Positions 26,460-37,990 of a DNA stretch of 53,995 nt are shown here, piece by piece (positions within the stretch are counted from its first letter, which is position 1; each line of letters begins with the position of its first letter). The notes under the pieces are model-generated. The model was not told where the DNA came from and made no database searches. It worked only from the letters and a program-made list of their open reading frames with translations. The stretch spans positions 62,001-115,995 of the forward strand of contig JALJEE010002086.1 in the NCBI GenBank assembly GCA_023231475.1. The letters are read 5' to 3'. A program made the position numbers and the translations under genes. This DNA is from Seison nebaliae (Eukaryota).

Positions 26460-28763
26460 ATGATGAATCCGAACATCTCCCTTTACAATAATTCGGTTTC
26501 CATCCAATTCTTCATTTCGCTCTTCACCTTCATGATTAGTGTGTCAATTTGCATAAATTTCCGAAATTGGAAAGATGTGATTTTGTCGAAGCTACCGAAA
26601 CGTGTCATTTCGACGAAGGATTCATTCAATATGTTCAAATAATTTACTGTTCCATACCAACCAGATTATTTGGAGCTGGTCTATTTGCTTCAGTTTCATT
26701 TTACTTTCTTTGAACAAAAAACTCGTTTTCCTTCAAAAGTTCCTCTGGCTACTTGTCCTCTTTCTCACTTTGGGTATTACTGCTGATTCATTGTTAATCC
26801 ATTTTGTATTCATCAATATCATCCTAAAACGAAATTTTAGTTTCTGTAAAAGTTTAACAGTCATCTCACAACTGTTGGGAATTAGTGAGAATGTTGCTGG
26901 TGTTACTTTTCTGGCTTTTGGCAATGGAGCAGCCGATGTATTTTCCGCCTCCATCGCCATCGTTAATAGTAAGGATGCTGATCCTAGTTTAGCGATTGGT
27001 TCACTATTTGGTGCTGGAATATTCGTGACTTCTGTGGTTTGTGGGGCAATAGCTATACCGAAACCGTTCCAATCGATGAAACGACCAATTCTGAGAGATA
27101 TCATCTTTTATCTCGTAACCGTTTTTTGGATCTTCAAATGTCTCTACATTCATCGTATTGATGTTATTGACATATCAAGTTTTATTCCAATTTTCTTTCC
27201 TTTCATTTCTTCTTCTTCTTCAAGTTTTCTTAATTCTTTACGTCATTTACATTGCTACCGTTATTACTGGTCATGTTATGTATAATAAAAGTAAAATGGG
27301 TTAGGAATCAATTTTATTATATCCATTCCGTAACTGACGTTTAGAGGACGCCATGAGAATATTGTCACATTCTCCATCCGAATGCTCATTAGTTTTGGTG
27401 AATAAGATGAAAATAGTACCAGTCAGTTACGATAATCCAGTTCTCCTTCTTTCTATCTTCATTAAATATCATTCCTTTCTCTCATAGACATATGTGTCGA
27501 CAGTGGGCGATGAAATGGGACTTGACGAACAGAAAATAATTAAACCACAGGCAAGAGAAGAAGAAGAATTGGATCGATTGAGATCAGATAAGAAGGAGAT
27601 TGTTCCGAAATCAATAAAAATTGAAGATCGATTAGAAGCAGAGAAAGTGATAACTCAAATGAATCTATCACAGTTATGGAGCGGTCTCTCCCCAATTCAC
27701 ATTCACGAATGGCGAGAAATGAATTTGTTGAATAAAATACTCGCTTGTGTTCAAGCTCCCATTACTTTAATGTTACATTTAACTGTGCCAGTGGTGGATA
27801 AGGGAGTGGAAAATAATAATTGGAATCGTTTAGTGAATGCTTTGCACGTTTTAACTTTTCCACAATTCGCATTATTTGCGACAAAAAGTTTCTTTTTCTT
27901 TCTCAATTTTTGTCGTTTAATTAATTTAAACATTTTAGACGCTTTTATTATGATTACTCCTCATTTGTCACTTTATGCATTCATCTTCATCTTAAGCACA
28001 ATTGTTATGTCACTTGTTCTTCTAACATCACAAAACAATTTCCCACCAGTCTATCATAATGTTCATCATTTCTTTTGATTGTTTCCTCCTAATCATCCTT
28101 TTATCAATCTCTTATGGACGACACATCTTTTTTCTTAGTTTTTCAGTTTTATTGGATTTGCTAGTTCAATTATTTGGATCTATATTGTGGCAAATGAAAT
28201 CGTCAATTGTCTCCAAGTTCCCGTTGAATTCTTTCATTTTTCAATCATATCTCATTCAGATGGTTGGATACGCATTCAATTTAAGTGACACAATTGTCGG
28301 GCTGACATTTTTAGCGTTGGGCAATAGTGTTGGAGGTTTGGTCGAATAGAATGTGAAGATGTAAAATTTGATTTTATTTCAGATTTCGTCGCAAATTATT
28401 TTAGTGCGAAAGCCGGTTATTCTCGAATGGCGATAAGTGCCGTTTATGGTGGACCATTATTCAGTTTTGTTTTCTAAAAAAGAATATTAATTCCAACATT
28501 AAAATATAGATATGTTGTTGGGATTGGGAATTCCGTTCGCTTACAAGTTCGCTCAACTAGGTACGAAGTCGATCTACTTTGTACCACATACAATCGAATA
28601 TATTTTGGTGGTGGCGCTGGCGCTCAATCTAATTATCGCAATGATTTATTTAACTTTAAACAAATTCTATTTCTCGAAGGCATATGGGTATTTTTCCATG
28701 GCATTCTATCTAGTCTTCCTCATAATTGCCATTTTAGCCGAATCAAATGTAATTAAATTTTAA
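26460..28763 (+). CDS. SLC8B1: Cation/Ca2+ exchanger, NCLX/SLC8B1 (CCX) family; 12 exons. Introns: 26496-26539, 26693-26739, 26793-26840, 27179-27224, 27300-27344, 27440-27487, 27888-27938, 28061-28138, 28217-28259, 28336-28382, 28464-28509
   Basis: Alpha-1 repeat SENVAGVTFLAFGNGAADVFS, alpha-2 repeat GLTFLALGNSVGDFVAN...GYSRMAISAVYGGPLFNMLLGLG, N-terminal Cys motif CVNLH...RCDFV...C...GFIQY...YC, plus TADSFFCKSL and LTVPVVD. Splicing the 11 listed introns gives one continuous frame. Confidence 0.92.
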
Positions 28764-28888
28764 AATAATTCGATTTCTATATAATTTTCGAATCCAATGA
28801 AAACTTTTCGAATTTTCACATTAAGATTGGAGAGCTTTCAACAATTACTTTTGAGAATAAAATGTTGAGGATTGATGATGGTTGAACA

Positions 28889-29052
28889 AATGATATCCGT
28901 ACATTCACCGTGTGCCTTAGTACGAATCAAATTCGAATTAGGATATTTAGACGAGTAAAATTCAAAGGATGATGCCATCGATTAAAAATTATTCATCTAC
29001 ATCCCGATATAACGAGCAGACCAAGGGCATCAGATGAACGCAGAATATCATT
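28889..29052 (-). ncRNA. mir-124: pre-miR-124 with an extra-long loop; mature 3p arm about 28919-28898
   Basis: Minus-strand UAAGGCACACGGUGAAUGUAC matches 17 of the first 18 nt of canonical miR-124 (UAAGGCACGCGGUGAAUGCC). A complementary 5' arm AAUGAUAUUCUGCGUUCAUCUGAUGCCCUUGGU at 29052-29020 forms a ~31-bp stem with G:U pairs and small bulges. Confidence 0.85.
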
Positions 29053-30399
29053 CATATTGTTTCATAATGTGAAGCATGAATTTATGGAATGAATGAATGA
29101 AGAAAAAATGATAAGAAGAAGTTGAAGGAAGATTGCGTTCCACTGAACATACGAGATGAGACAGATGATCTGTAAGGGAAATGATCTTTGAGAAAGAATT
29201 AGCACATATGAGAAAGTTTATTACTAAATGGAACGGTGGTAGATGAGGATTATTTTGGTGCATAACGGAGGAGACGAACTAGATAGTTTCCTTAACGAAT
29301 AGGAAAGATTAAGAAGGGAAATTGCATGTTCCATCTCTACTTGTTTATTTCTTCCTTTCTTTTCTGCTTTATTACTTCAATAATAATTGATTGGAGCATA
29401 GACAAGAAGTCGGTGAAGTTGAAGTAAGTGGATGTCAGATATAACGCCAGAATTTAATGTCAATAACTGACATGATACTGATATGACATGACATCCGTTC
29501 ATTGAATGAACGAGCTTTATTCACAAGTTCACCGTTGTCAGAGTCGAGTAGAAGGGGAAGTCGTTGATACGTACGAGAGAAATGAGAGAGAATGTTTCTC
29601 TGATATTTGAGCATGAAATGAATGAGCTCGAATTAGGAGACATCCATATTAACTAACATCATGGCTGATTTATTTTAAAATATCTTCTCCTTTGTTTCTT
29701 CCTCTCTATCTACTTACTTATCAATCAATCCTTTCCTTGTTACATATATTTCAATCCATATGTCTCACTCTTTCTCTCTTTCCCATCACCTCCCAAACAA
29801 TCTGATGACACTATCATTCTAATAATTATTTTTTCTTTCTTCTCATCCGGTTATATACCATCCGATCTCACCTAATAATATGACATAACTAAATTTGTAA
29901 ATAATAACACCAATCTTTAATCGACAAATCTTGGATATATCTTTTTAAATATGTTGTTATGTTTCCCTCCCGAATTACTTTCCCCCTCCAAAAAATGAAA
30001 ACTGAACAGAAAAACGAAGAGTTAAAACGTTTTTACTCATTTAACAATTTCCATCTGAGGCTTATTTGATCGAAGATTTTGCACTTTTTCAAACAAATAT
30101 AATTTTATTCGATAAAAGAATATTTTTTTTATTATACATCTAAATCCTTGTAGGGCAATTGATAAAGGAGAAATAAAAAATTACGATGTTGCTCGTTAAA
30201 AAGAAGTTCACGACATTTTGGTATATGATTTTTGATATTGTCTGGAACCAAATAAGCGATGGAGAATTCTATCAATGTTCTTGCGTTATACAATCCAGTA
30301 GGCTTCGGAACAAAATAATTTCGATAAAAGAAGAAAGAACAAAATGGCGCCGTATATGGTAGTAGATCGTTAAAAGATGCAATAGGAAATTCAAATGTT

Positions 30400-30633
30400 A
30401 AGTTAAGAATATTCGAAAAAAATCACTTTTTCCCATTTTTTTTTAGAAAATTCCAGAAATTTTGTTTTCGGCTGTCGATTATTTTTATTAATCCAAATTT
30501 AATGAAAATAACTTCATTAGATTTGGAAACTTGAAAATGTTTTTCATAGTGAAAATATCGACAGTCGAAAATAAAGTCTAATTTCTTGAAAAAAATGAAA
30601 ATAAAATGATTTCTTTCCGTATTTTTTGAACTA
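30400..30633. mobile_element. Degenerate inverted repeat, possibly an old MITE
   Basis: The core ttttcggctgtcgat (~30465-30479) mirrors atcgacagtcgaaaa (~30556-30570), with looser similarity extending outward. No TSD seen. Confidence 0.4.
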
Positions 30634-32999
30634 ATTTGAATAAAATAATATTTGTTTGAAAGAACAATATCTAAAATTTTTGAACTAGTAAAAACCTCTT
30701 AATTCCTCGTTTTTTTCTCCCTAAATCCGTTATACATTCTTTTGCCAATGTTTTAATGTTTGGTCTATTCGTTGTTGGAAGATCGTTTTGGAATTTTTTT
30801 CAAATTCTTCAAGTCAATCACTTCCATCTATTCGAGTATATAATAATAATAACTCATAATTCGTGATCGATTCAACTCTACGATAGGATATGATATGGTC
30901 GTGTCAAATCGATGGAAGAAAAGAGTATATGTTATGTGGACGATACATGGTATTATACAATTTGATGATTCGTTTATCTATAGTGGGCTAGGAACTGACG
31001 TAACTACGTATAGAAATCGAATTTTCACATTCTTATCTTCTCTTTGTTGCAGGACTGGAAAGAAGAAAAGATAGAACATAAGAATGTATTAGTTATACAT
31101 ACGATTAGGTTTATACGTAGAGAAAGTGGGAAGCAAAAGAAATAAAGAGTTTCTTTGCCCCTCCCTTAATACGGTACGAGTGAGTAACTTTTAAATTAAT
31201 TTTCATTAAAACTATATCATCGAATGGTATCATTATTCCATCTACTACTATCAGAAGAGAATGCGAATACGATTGTCAATTATCCATTATTCCGAAAGGA
31301 AGATAATGGGAAGAGGATAAGGAAAATTCTATTCTTATTTAGAAATAAGAAATTAGAAAACCTTTAAAGCTTTCTTCTCTTACCTGGAAACCATATCAAA
31401 TTCTTTATTAATTCATTTGTTTTATTCCTTCTGTCTCTCTCTCTCTCTGTCTTGTCTCATTCAATATCTACTTCATTGTTGACATTTACGTCATTTTCAA
31501 TATTGAATTCGCTGCCTCCTCAAATGGTTTGATCTCATAAAGATATATATCATGACCGACTGCCATTGGATCCGGTACGAATTGGAACAAATTCCAATAA
31601 CGTCATTTCTCTCCATTCTCTCTTGGAGGAGATGAACCATTTGCCTTAATGAGAAAGTATTCATTTATAATGTCAACTTATCTCATAATTAGATACGTTC
31701 GTTTTCAATCATCTTTCCAATGATTTCTCAAGAAGAATAAGGAAATTCCTGATTAATATTATAATAAAGATAATAAATGAAATGGAAGATTCTTCCAAAA
31801 AAATCTATTTATAAATGTTCTAGAACATCGACTTTCCGTGTTTCGTTTGTCAGTCGACGAATTTGAGTTGGTGGGAAGTAATGGAAATTTTAATGAAAAT
31901 GATAATACTGATAATGATAGGTTGAATATGTGAGAGTTTTTCTCTTGTGCCTTGCATGACAGTTGGAAGAATATGCAATTAATGAGGCATGTTACGTTCT
32001 GATAAATCAGTTATTCAGTTCCATTCGTTTCATTCAGTCTCTAATATTGATTGGAATTAAGAAGAGGGAATGCACAGATTAAATGAAAAGACAAAAAAGA
32101 AAAGAAGAAAAGAATGATAAAGAAAAAGAATATTAGAAGATGAAATGATAAAAAAATTCAACTAACCAATTTGAAGTTTGGTGATCGGTTTCTTTTCTTT
32201 TTTGAGGGGTGGATGGGGAATTTAATTAAATAAATCTTTTCGCAATTGCTGTCGGAGAAATTGAGTAGCAGCAAGTAGAGTCGTTGCATAATAACTGCAA
32301 ATCAAATTATTGATTTACATATTTCATGTAATTCGATCATTCATTCATCCATGTGCACATACGTATGTCGATTATAATATAATAAGATTGGATAAGATGA
32401 TGATGATGTTGTTGTTGTTGTATATGAGATTAGATGATGATAGTTATATCAGTGAAATTAAATAAAATAAGAAAGAAAAGAAGAATTGTTAAGTTGAAAG
32501 GAAGTAAGATTAACGAACGAATTTAACGATGAAGAAAAGTTGTCGAATGTCCACAAGTAGAAATGAATGAAATTAGATAATCTAAATGGATTCTCCTCCT
32601 TACATCGCCGATAGAGAACATACGACTTCCAGAAGAAGGATAGATAAATAGATAGATAGATTGATTGAATAATAAGAAAACTGATATTCATGTCGAGAGA
32701 ATAGAATCGACTTTTAATGAAATATAATATTATTTAATCGAATGAACAAATCATTTTAGCGCAGTCACATGTCTCTAACAACAATGTCTAATTCGTCTTC
32801 TGGGACAGATATTGTGCGAGCGTAAGAGAAATAATTATATCAATTATCAACATTATCATCTTCAGCAAATTCATTTTCACTCAATACACACATACACACA
32901 CAAGCACAAGAACACAGATAGCAACGATATGAAGATATCCAAATTTATTATCTCCTTTGTAACATAAAAGCGAAAGTAATTGAGCAAGAGAAGAATTCT

Positions 33000-34730
33000 A
33001 AATAAATCTCGAAACTAATATTGATATTGCTTCAGCACTTGTCACCAATTCCGTCGTTGTAACTTTCTCTATATTGCTCATAATTTCCGTCTTTTCATTT
33101 TACCCAAAAATAGATCGACAAGAAAAAAAATCAAATTAAATTATGCTTAGAAAAAATGATCTTCTCAATATTCAGTTTTTTATGCTTGATTCTATTACGT
33201 CAAACAAACAAAAGAAAATTCCTTAAAAAATCCAATTAATCGTTAACAAACCATTGATGGTTTTAACCATAACTGATGAATTCATTCCATTGTATAAGTT
33301 AATGAATTGAGCAAATTAAATAGTCAATACCTGAAATTAGAAGAAACGTTTTACCAACAATTACAGTCTGCAAATGATCGATGATATGGAAAGGAGTTCG
33401 ATACTGTTTAGAATTTATCGGAAATTCTTCCCAGAATTTGAACGACATCAAATATGGAATGAATTGTTCCAGTGTAGTTTCTTTGAAGAAATTACGTTCA
33501 ACATTTTCCTCATTCCAATTCATTGTCAATTGCCGACGTATTTCTTTATAATGTTTCGTGGAAATGATATTGATGGCAGAGTTGACTTTCTCAAAAATGT
33601 TGAACGAATAGAAACTTTTTTTTAGATGAAATTTCAATTAACAAATTAATTTATACGACTAACAAGATAAGAGCAAAGAAGATTTTCTGACGCTTCTCAT
33701 CTTGACAACATTCATTCGTTTGCAATTCATATCGTTTGATAAATTTGGAATAGAATCGTTGAGTTGATTGTTTGACATAAGTTGAGGTGGAGTGAAGTAG
33801 ATTAAATTGAATATAATAAGAATTATTGAATGAATTAATGTCGTTCTGTAGATCTACAAATAATTCATTATCGATCAAATGAAGAATTCGCGAGTTTCTG
33901 CCGTTTCTAACAAATTAATTGAGAGTCGAAAAGGAAAATTAATGAACATTTCAATATTACGATGGAATTGCTTCAACAGCGGATCCAATTCATTCAAAGG
34001 GAAATATGTCAGAGAGCGGTTGAGTTGTAACAGAGCATTTTCCAGTTCGATAATATAAAATTTCTTCTAAAAGTCAAATGTCAAATGACAACGGAAGAGG
34101 AAGAGAAATAACATTTTCCACTTGAATTGAATGACTTTGTTGAATTTTGTGCTCAATTTCATCATTCTCATCGAATTGTTCCGTTAGTAGTTGTTTGTCA
34201 AGATTCAAATAATAATTCCTGGTAAATGAAATGTTCGAATATCGACTGTTGTCCGATAAGAATCGTCGAATTATTTTTCTTCTCAAATAATAATAACTTC
34301 AAGTATAAGGGAGATGATCGAAGATAATGATTATCTGAAAACAAATTTGAATTTCCTTCAACAACAAATCTTAATGAATTCTAACAAATGAAGGTCTTGT
34401 CGATAGCTCCACTATTTACATTGTGTGGTAGGCAAAGGACATACGTCGACGTATTCACAGAAGGACAAGGAAGTGGATCCTGTTGTTTTGGTCGATCTTG
34501 GGAATTTTCTAAAAAATTCTATCAATCCAAATTTCATGAACACTGATGATCTTATATCTGGTTAAGCAAACTAGTAACTTTGACTAGCAAAATTAATTGC
34601 TCAATTGATATATCCATCAGACATATCAATTTCCATTTGAGTCAGATAATATTTTTGGGAGAACAATTCGTTCAATCCAACAGGAAATGGTACAGAGACG
34701 TCGCTAATTAGAAAGATATCAAATCATCGA
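33000..34730 (-). pseudogene. Decayed multi-exon gene of unknown family
   Basis: Two short GTT-AG introns (33907-33947 and 33615-33663) join three segments into one frame: ...KQFHRNIEINGRNSRILHLIDNELF...FALIFFYSFNIFEK.... Flanking parts carry in-frame stops and frameshifts. Boundaries are approximate. Confidence 0.45.
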
Positions 34731-35347
34731 ATTCTTGTGAATTATTTTTATGCAAAATCCAAAGTTCTAAACCATATACATATACCAAAATATATATACA
34801 TAGAGAATATTCAAATGTCAAATCAATTCACGATCAATTTCCTTTAAATATTTATTGATCAGTAACAGTAGTTCATATGTTATGTTGAACAGAAGCTTTA
34901 ATTTAATCGAATTGTTTGAACTTTCTTAATTTGTCTAATTAATTTTCAACATTAAACAACTTATGACAACAAAAAGATATTTTACAATAAAGAATTATAG
35001 GACACAATAATAATATTGACAAAAGAGTTACTACCTAAAAAAATGATACCTAATTTAGATTTTATTTTGACATCGGTAGGTAATAGAGAAATCCTGAAAT
35101 TTTTATTGAAAAATAATTTTTCATATTCAGCAAAGACTTAAAGAACAATATCACCGAAAGCATTTAAGATGGATGACAAAGTGATCACTATTAAATAGGT
35201 TTACAAACTGTAATAATAACCAGTTTTTAATAAAAAGAATTATGGGTGATGAAATCACTGGCTACCCTATTTTCAATCTTTCGTTAAAAATATTATTCAT
35301 TTACTCTTATACGTTTCTGAGTGGTTAACATATGGTATTCATATAAA

Positions 35348-37354
35348 TGTAACGGTCGTAAGATGAAATGAAAATATAGAATGTTCCCGTAATGTTACAA
35401 GATGTGACTCTCGAACATGATTGCGTCATGGCAATTAAACAAATAGGCGACGAAGCTCAACTGATTAATACTACTCGATCGAACATCAACTCACTCAAAT
35501 GTCAATCTTGTAATGTTTTATTTATGTGAGATTAATCAAAAACCGAGGTTGCTGCATTCGAAAAGTTACTATAAAAGCAGTCGTTGGATTGTTGATTCTC
35601 AGTCAATCGATATAGAGAATATCCTGATTTATATAATTCTTTTCCCTACTCATTTCCCTCGGGTTGCAGAAAGGAGTTAACCTTTACGTTTCAGTCAACC
35701 CTTTAATAAAGAAAAAGAACCATTTAACTTTTTTGCAAGGAACGGAGTAGTAAACCCATTTTGTCGAAAAAGAAATGAAGTTAACCCATTTCGTCTAAAA
35801 AAGAATGAAGTCAACCCATATAAATTTTTTTTTTTTTTTTTTATTATAACAAATCCCCTCGGGGCAAATTAAATAGAAAAAATGATAACTCCATAAATAA
35901 ACTATAAATTATAAAAAAAACTTCATTTTAGTTTAATTTATTAACTAATTAATGAAAAAAATTCCCCAAACTGGGATTTAAACTAATAAAAAAAATAAGT
36001 AGAGAAAATTATTTATTATTGGAAAGGCATAGTTAATAAGAACAACAATTTTATTCAACCATCGATGTTTAAAAATTCATTTGAAATGTACGAATCTGGT
36101 CCTCCATTTTTCGGAATACAATTTTATATTGCCGGAAAAGATACACATCCAAAGGTTGCAATACAGATGTTGTTCCTGCGGGAATTATTTCAATATCGAT
36201 CAATTGTGTTTGCTTATGACCGGACCAAGAGTCGATTACTAATAATTTTGTGCAATTATTTTTATAGGTCATAATACAATCTTCGACATATTTTTTAAAT
36301 AAAAAGGAAGTCGATTTGCCGGATTTTGTGGAGCATAAATAAATATTTGATGGCACTTTCAACGACTTCAATACTCTAGGTCCAAATTTGTCGGAACACT
36401 CCTGTAAAATGAGAAGCATTTTTGGAAAAACAGTTCCATTCATTGCGATCGTCGGCTGAAATGTGTATGAGTGTGTAGTTTTGTTGGATGATTCGATGGG
36501 AACAAAGGTTTTTTTTCTCCTTTGTTGCTTAAAGTACGACCACCGTGATTTTCATAATTCAATCCTGATTCGTCGGTGTTAATGATGATGTCATATTTTG
36601 ACATTAATTCGCAGATTTTTCTTCGAAAGTTATGTATTATCGTAGTATTTCGTTATTTTTTGGCTAACAAATCGATGAGTTTTCTTAAATCGATAGAGCC
36701 ATGAAGAAGAAGCACTGAAGAAATTAGTAATGTTTAATTTACTTGCTTCTTCTAAAGCAATTCTTCTTATGGTTTCGTCGTGCACCGATTGAAAATTTTC
36801 CCGCATTTCAACAATTCTACTCTCAACAATTTTGTCCAATTTCGAGAATTCATTTTCGGATTTGATATGGGTTCGACTATTGATAATATTAAAATATACA
36901 CTGTTATTTTTAAGTTTTTTAAATCGACGTCGAGCATAATATTCGATATTGAAATAATTTCCCCACGAATATTAAACATTAATTCTTCATTAAAAATAAA
37001 TTCGTAATAATTCAACAAACATCGTGGAAAAAATTTAATTCCTAGATAAGCTAAATTTTTAAACCGAAGAAAAAACGAAAAAAGTTTATTTTTGAAGTAC
37101 CAACCATTTAGGTATTAGGGACTGAGCTTAAACGGGAGCCGATTTTGATTGTACCAAAAATTTTGTAAATTAATGTTCTATAAGATGGTATAAAATTTTT
37201 TAATGTTTTCCATCTCTCACAAGTGAATGTTCCCTTGTCAGTTGAGCTTCGTCGCCTATTTGTTTAATTGTCATGACGCAATCTTGTTCGAGAGTCACAT
37301 CTTGTAACATTACGAGAACATTCTATATTTTGATTTCTTTTTATGATCGTTACA
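35348..37354 (-). mobile_element. pogo-like DNA transposon with 117-bp TIRs and an internally deleted transposase (~36060-36850)
   Basis: TIRs at 35348-35464 and 37238-37354 (tgtaacggtcg...gacgaagctcaactga). CENP-B-type HTH (VHDETIRRIALEEA...SASSSWLYRFKK) and DDE_1 motifs IINTDESG, THSYTFQP, LVIDSWSGH, IIPAGTTSVLQPLDVY. Frameshifts present. Confidence 0.9.
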
Positions 37355-37407
37355 TAGAGGAAGATAAGTTAATGTAATTTTGGTTTAAATGAATTAAAAG
37401 TTTGTTT

Positions 37408-37480
37408 TGGAGATGCCGGGTTTCGATTCCGGTACTTCGTACATGCAAAGCAAGCGATCTACCAATTGAGCTACATCCCC
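37408..37480 (-). tRNA. trnA-UGC: tRNA-Ala (anticodon TGC)
   Basis: GGGGATGTAGCTCAATTGGTAGATCGCTTGCTTTGCATGTACGAAGTACCGGAATCGAAACCCGGCATCTCCA: 73 nt, folds as a cloverleaf, has the G3:U70 Ala identity pair and a downstream TTTT Pol III terminator. Confidence 0.93.
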
Positions 37481-37747
37481 GACTAATTAAATTGCGTCAT
37501 TAATATTTATCGAAATTGTATTTTCCAATATTCCAATTATTAAATGAAATAACAACAAGAAAGTAGTTCCCAATCTTTTGATTCTTCACCAATCTTTCGA
37601 TTCTCACCAATTGAAATACTGTCTTCGACAGATCTCAATTTTAAGACGCTATTTCGGAGAGATCTCAACATTAAGAACATTGAATCGGAGAGACCATAAT
37701 CGTTAGTAATTAGCAGGTATTAGCTTTTCGATAAAAATACGAATCAC

Positions 37748-37990
37748 GGTGATTTGGTCACCGTTAAATTTCGTCACTCTTTATTATTAAATTTGGCCAG
37801 TTCGTCTCTTCCAAAAAGGACATTTTGTCCATTCTTTCCTTTCGGTGATCTTGTTCCTTCATAATTATTTCTTTTATTAAATTTTTTATTATTTTGGCCA
37901 ATTTGAGAATATGATGATTTGGTCACACCTTTCAACCCATTTTGGTGATTTGGTCACTCATTTCCAACTAGTTTGGGCGATTTGGTCACC
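37748..37990. repeat. Cluster of palindromic GGTGA-N5-TCACC motifs, probably a transposon subterminal region
   Basis: ggtgatttggtcacc and variants at ~37748, 37914, 37944 and 37976. Confidence 0.6.

Noticed and set aside
28845..28978. Short minus-strand ORF (MASSFEFYSSKY...) overlapping the hairpin
   Set aside because: It is under 50 codons with no recognisable motif, and the region is better explained as mir-124.
31375..31395. cttacctgg, resembling the U1 snRNA 5' end
   Set aside because: No U1 stem-loops or Sm site follow. No snRNA gene was identified in this window.
35967..35980. caaactgggatt, resembling a conserved mitochondrial 12S rRNA motif
   Set aside because: The match stops after ~13 nt and lacks the following agataccc, so it is not enough to call an rRNA or NUMT.
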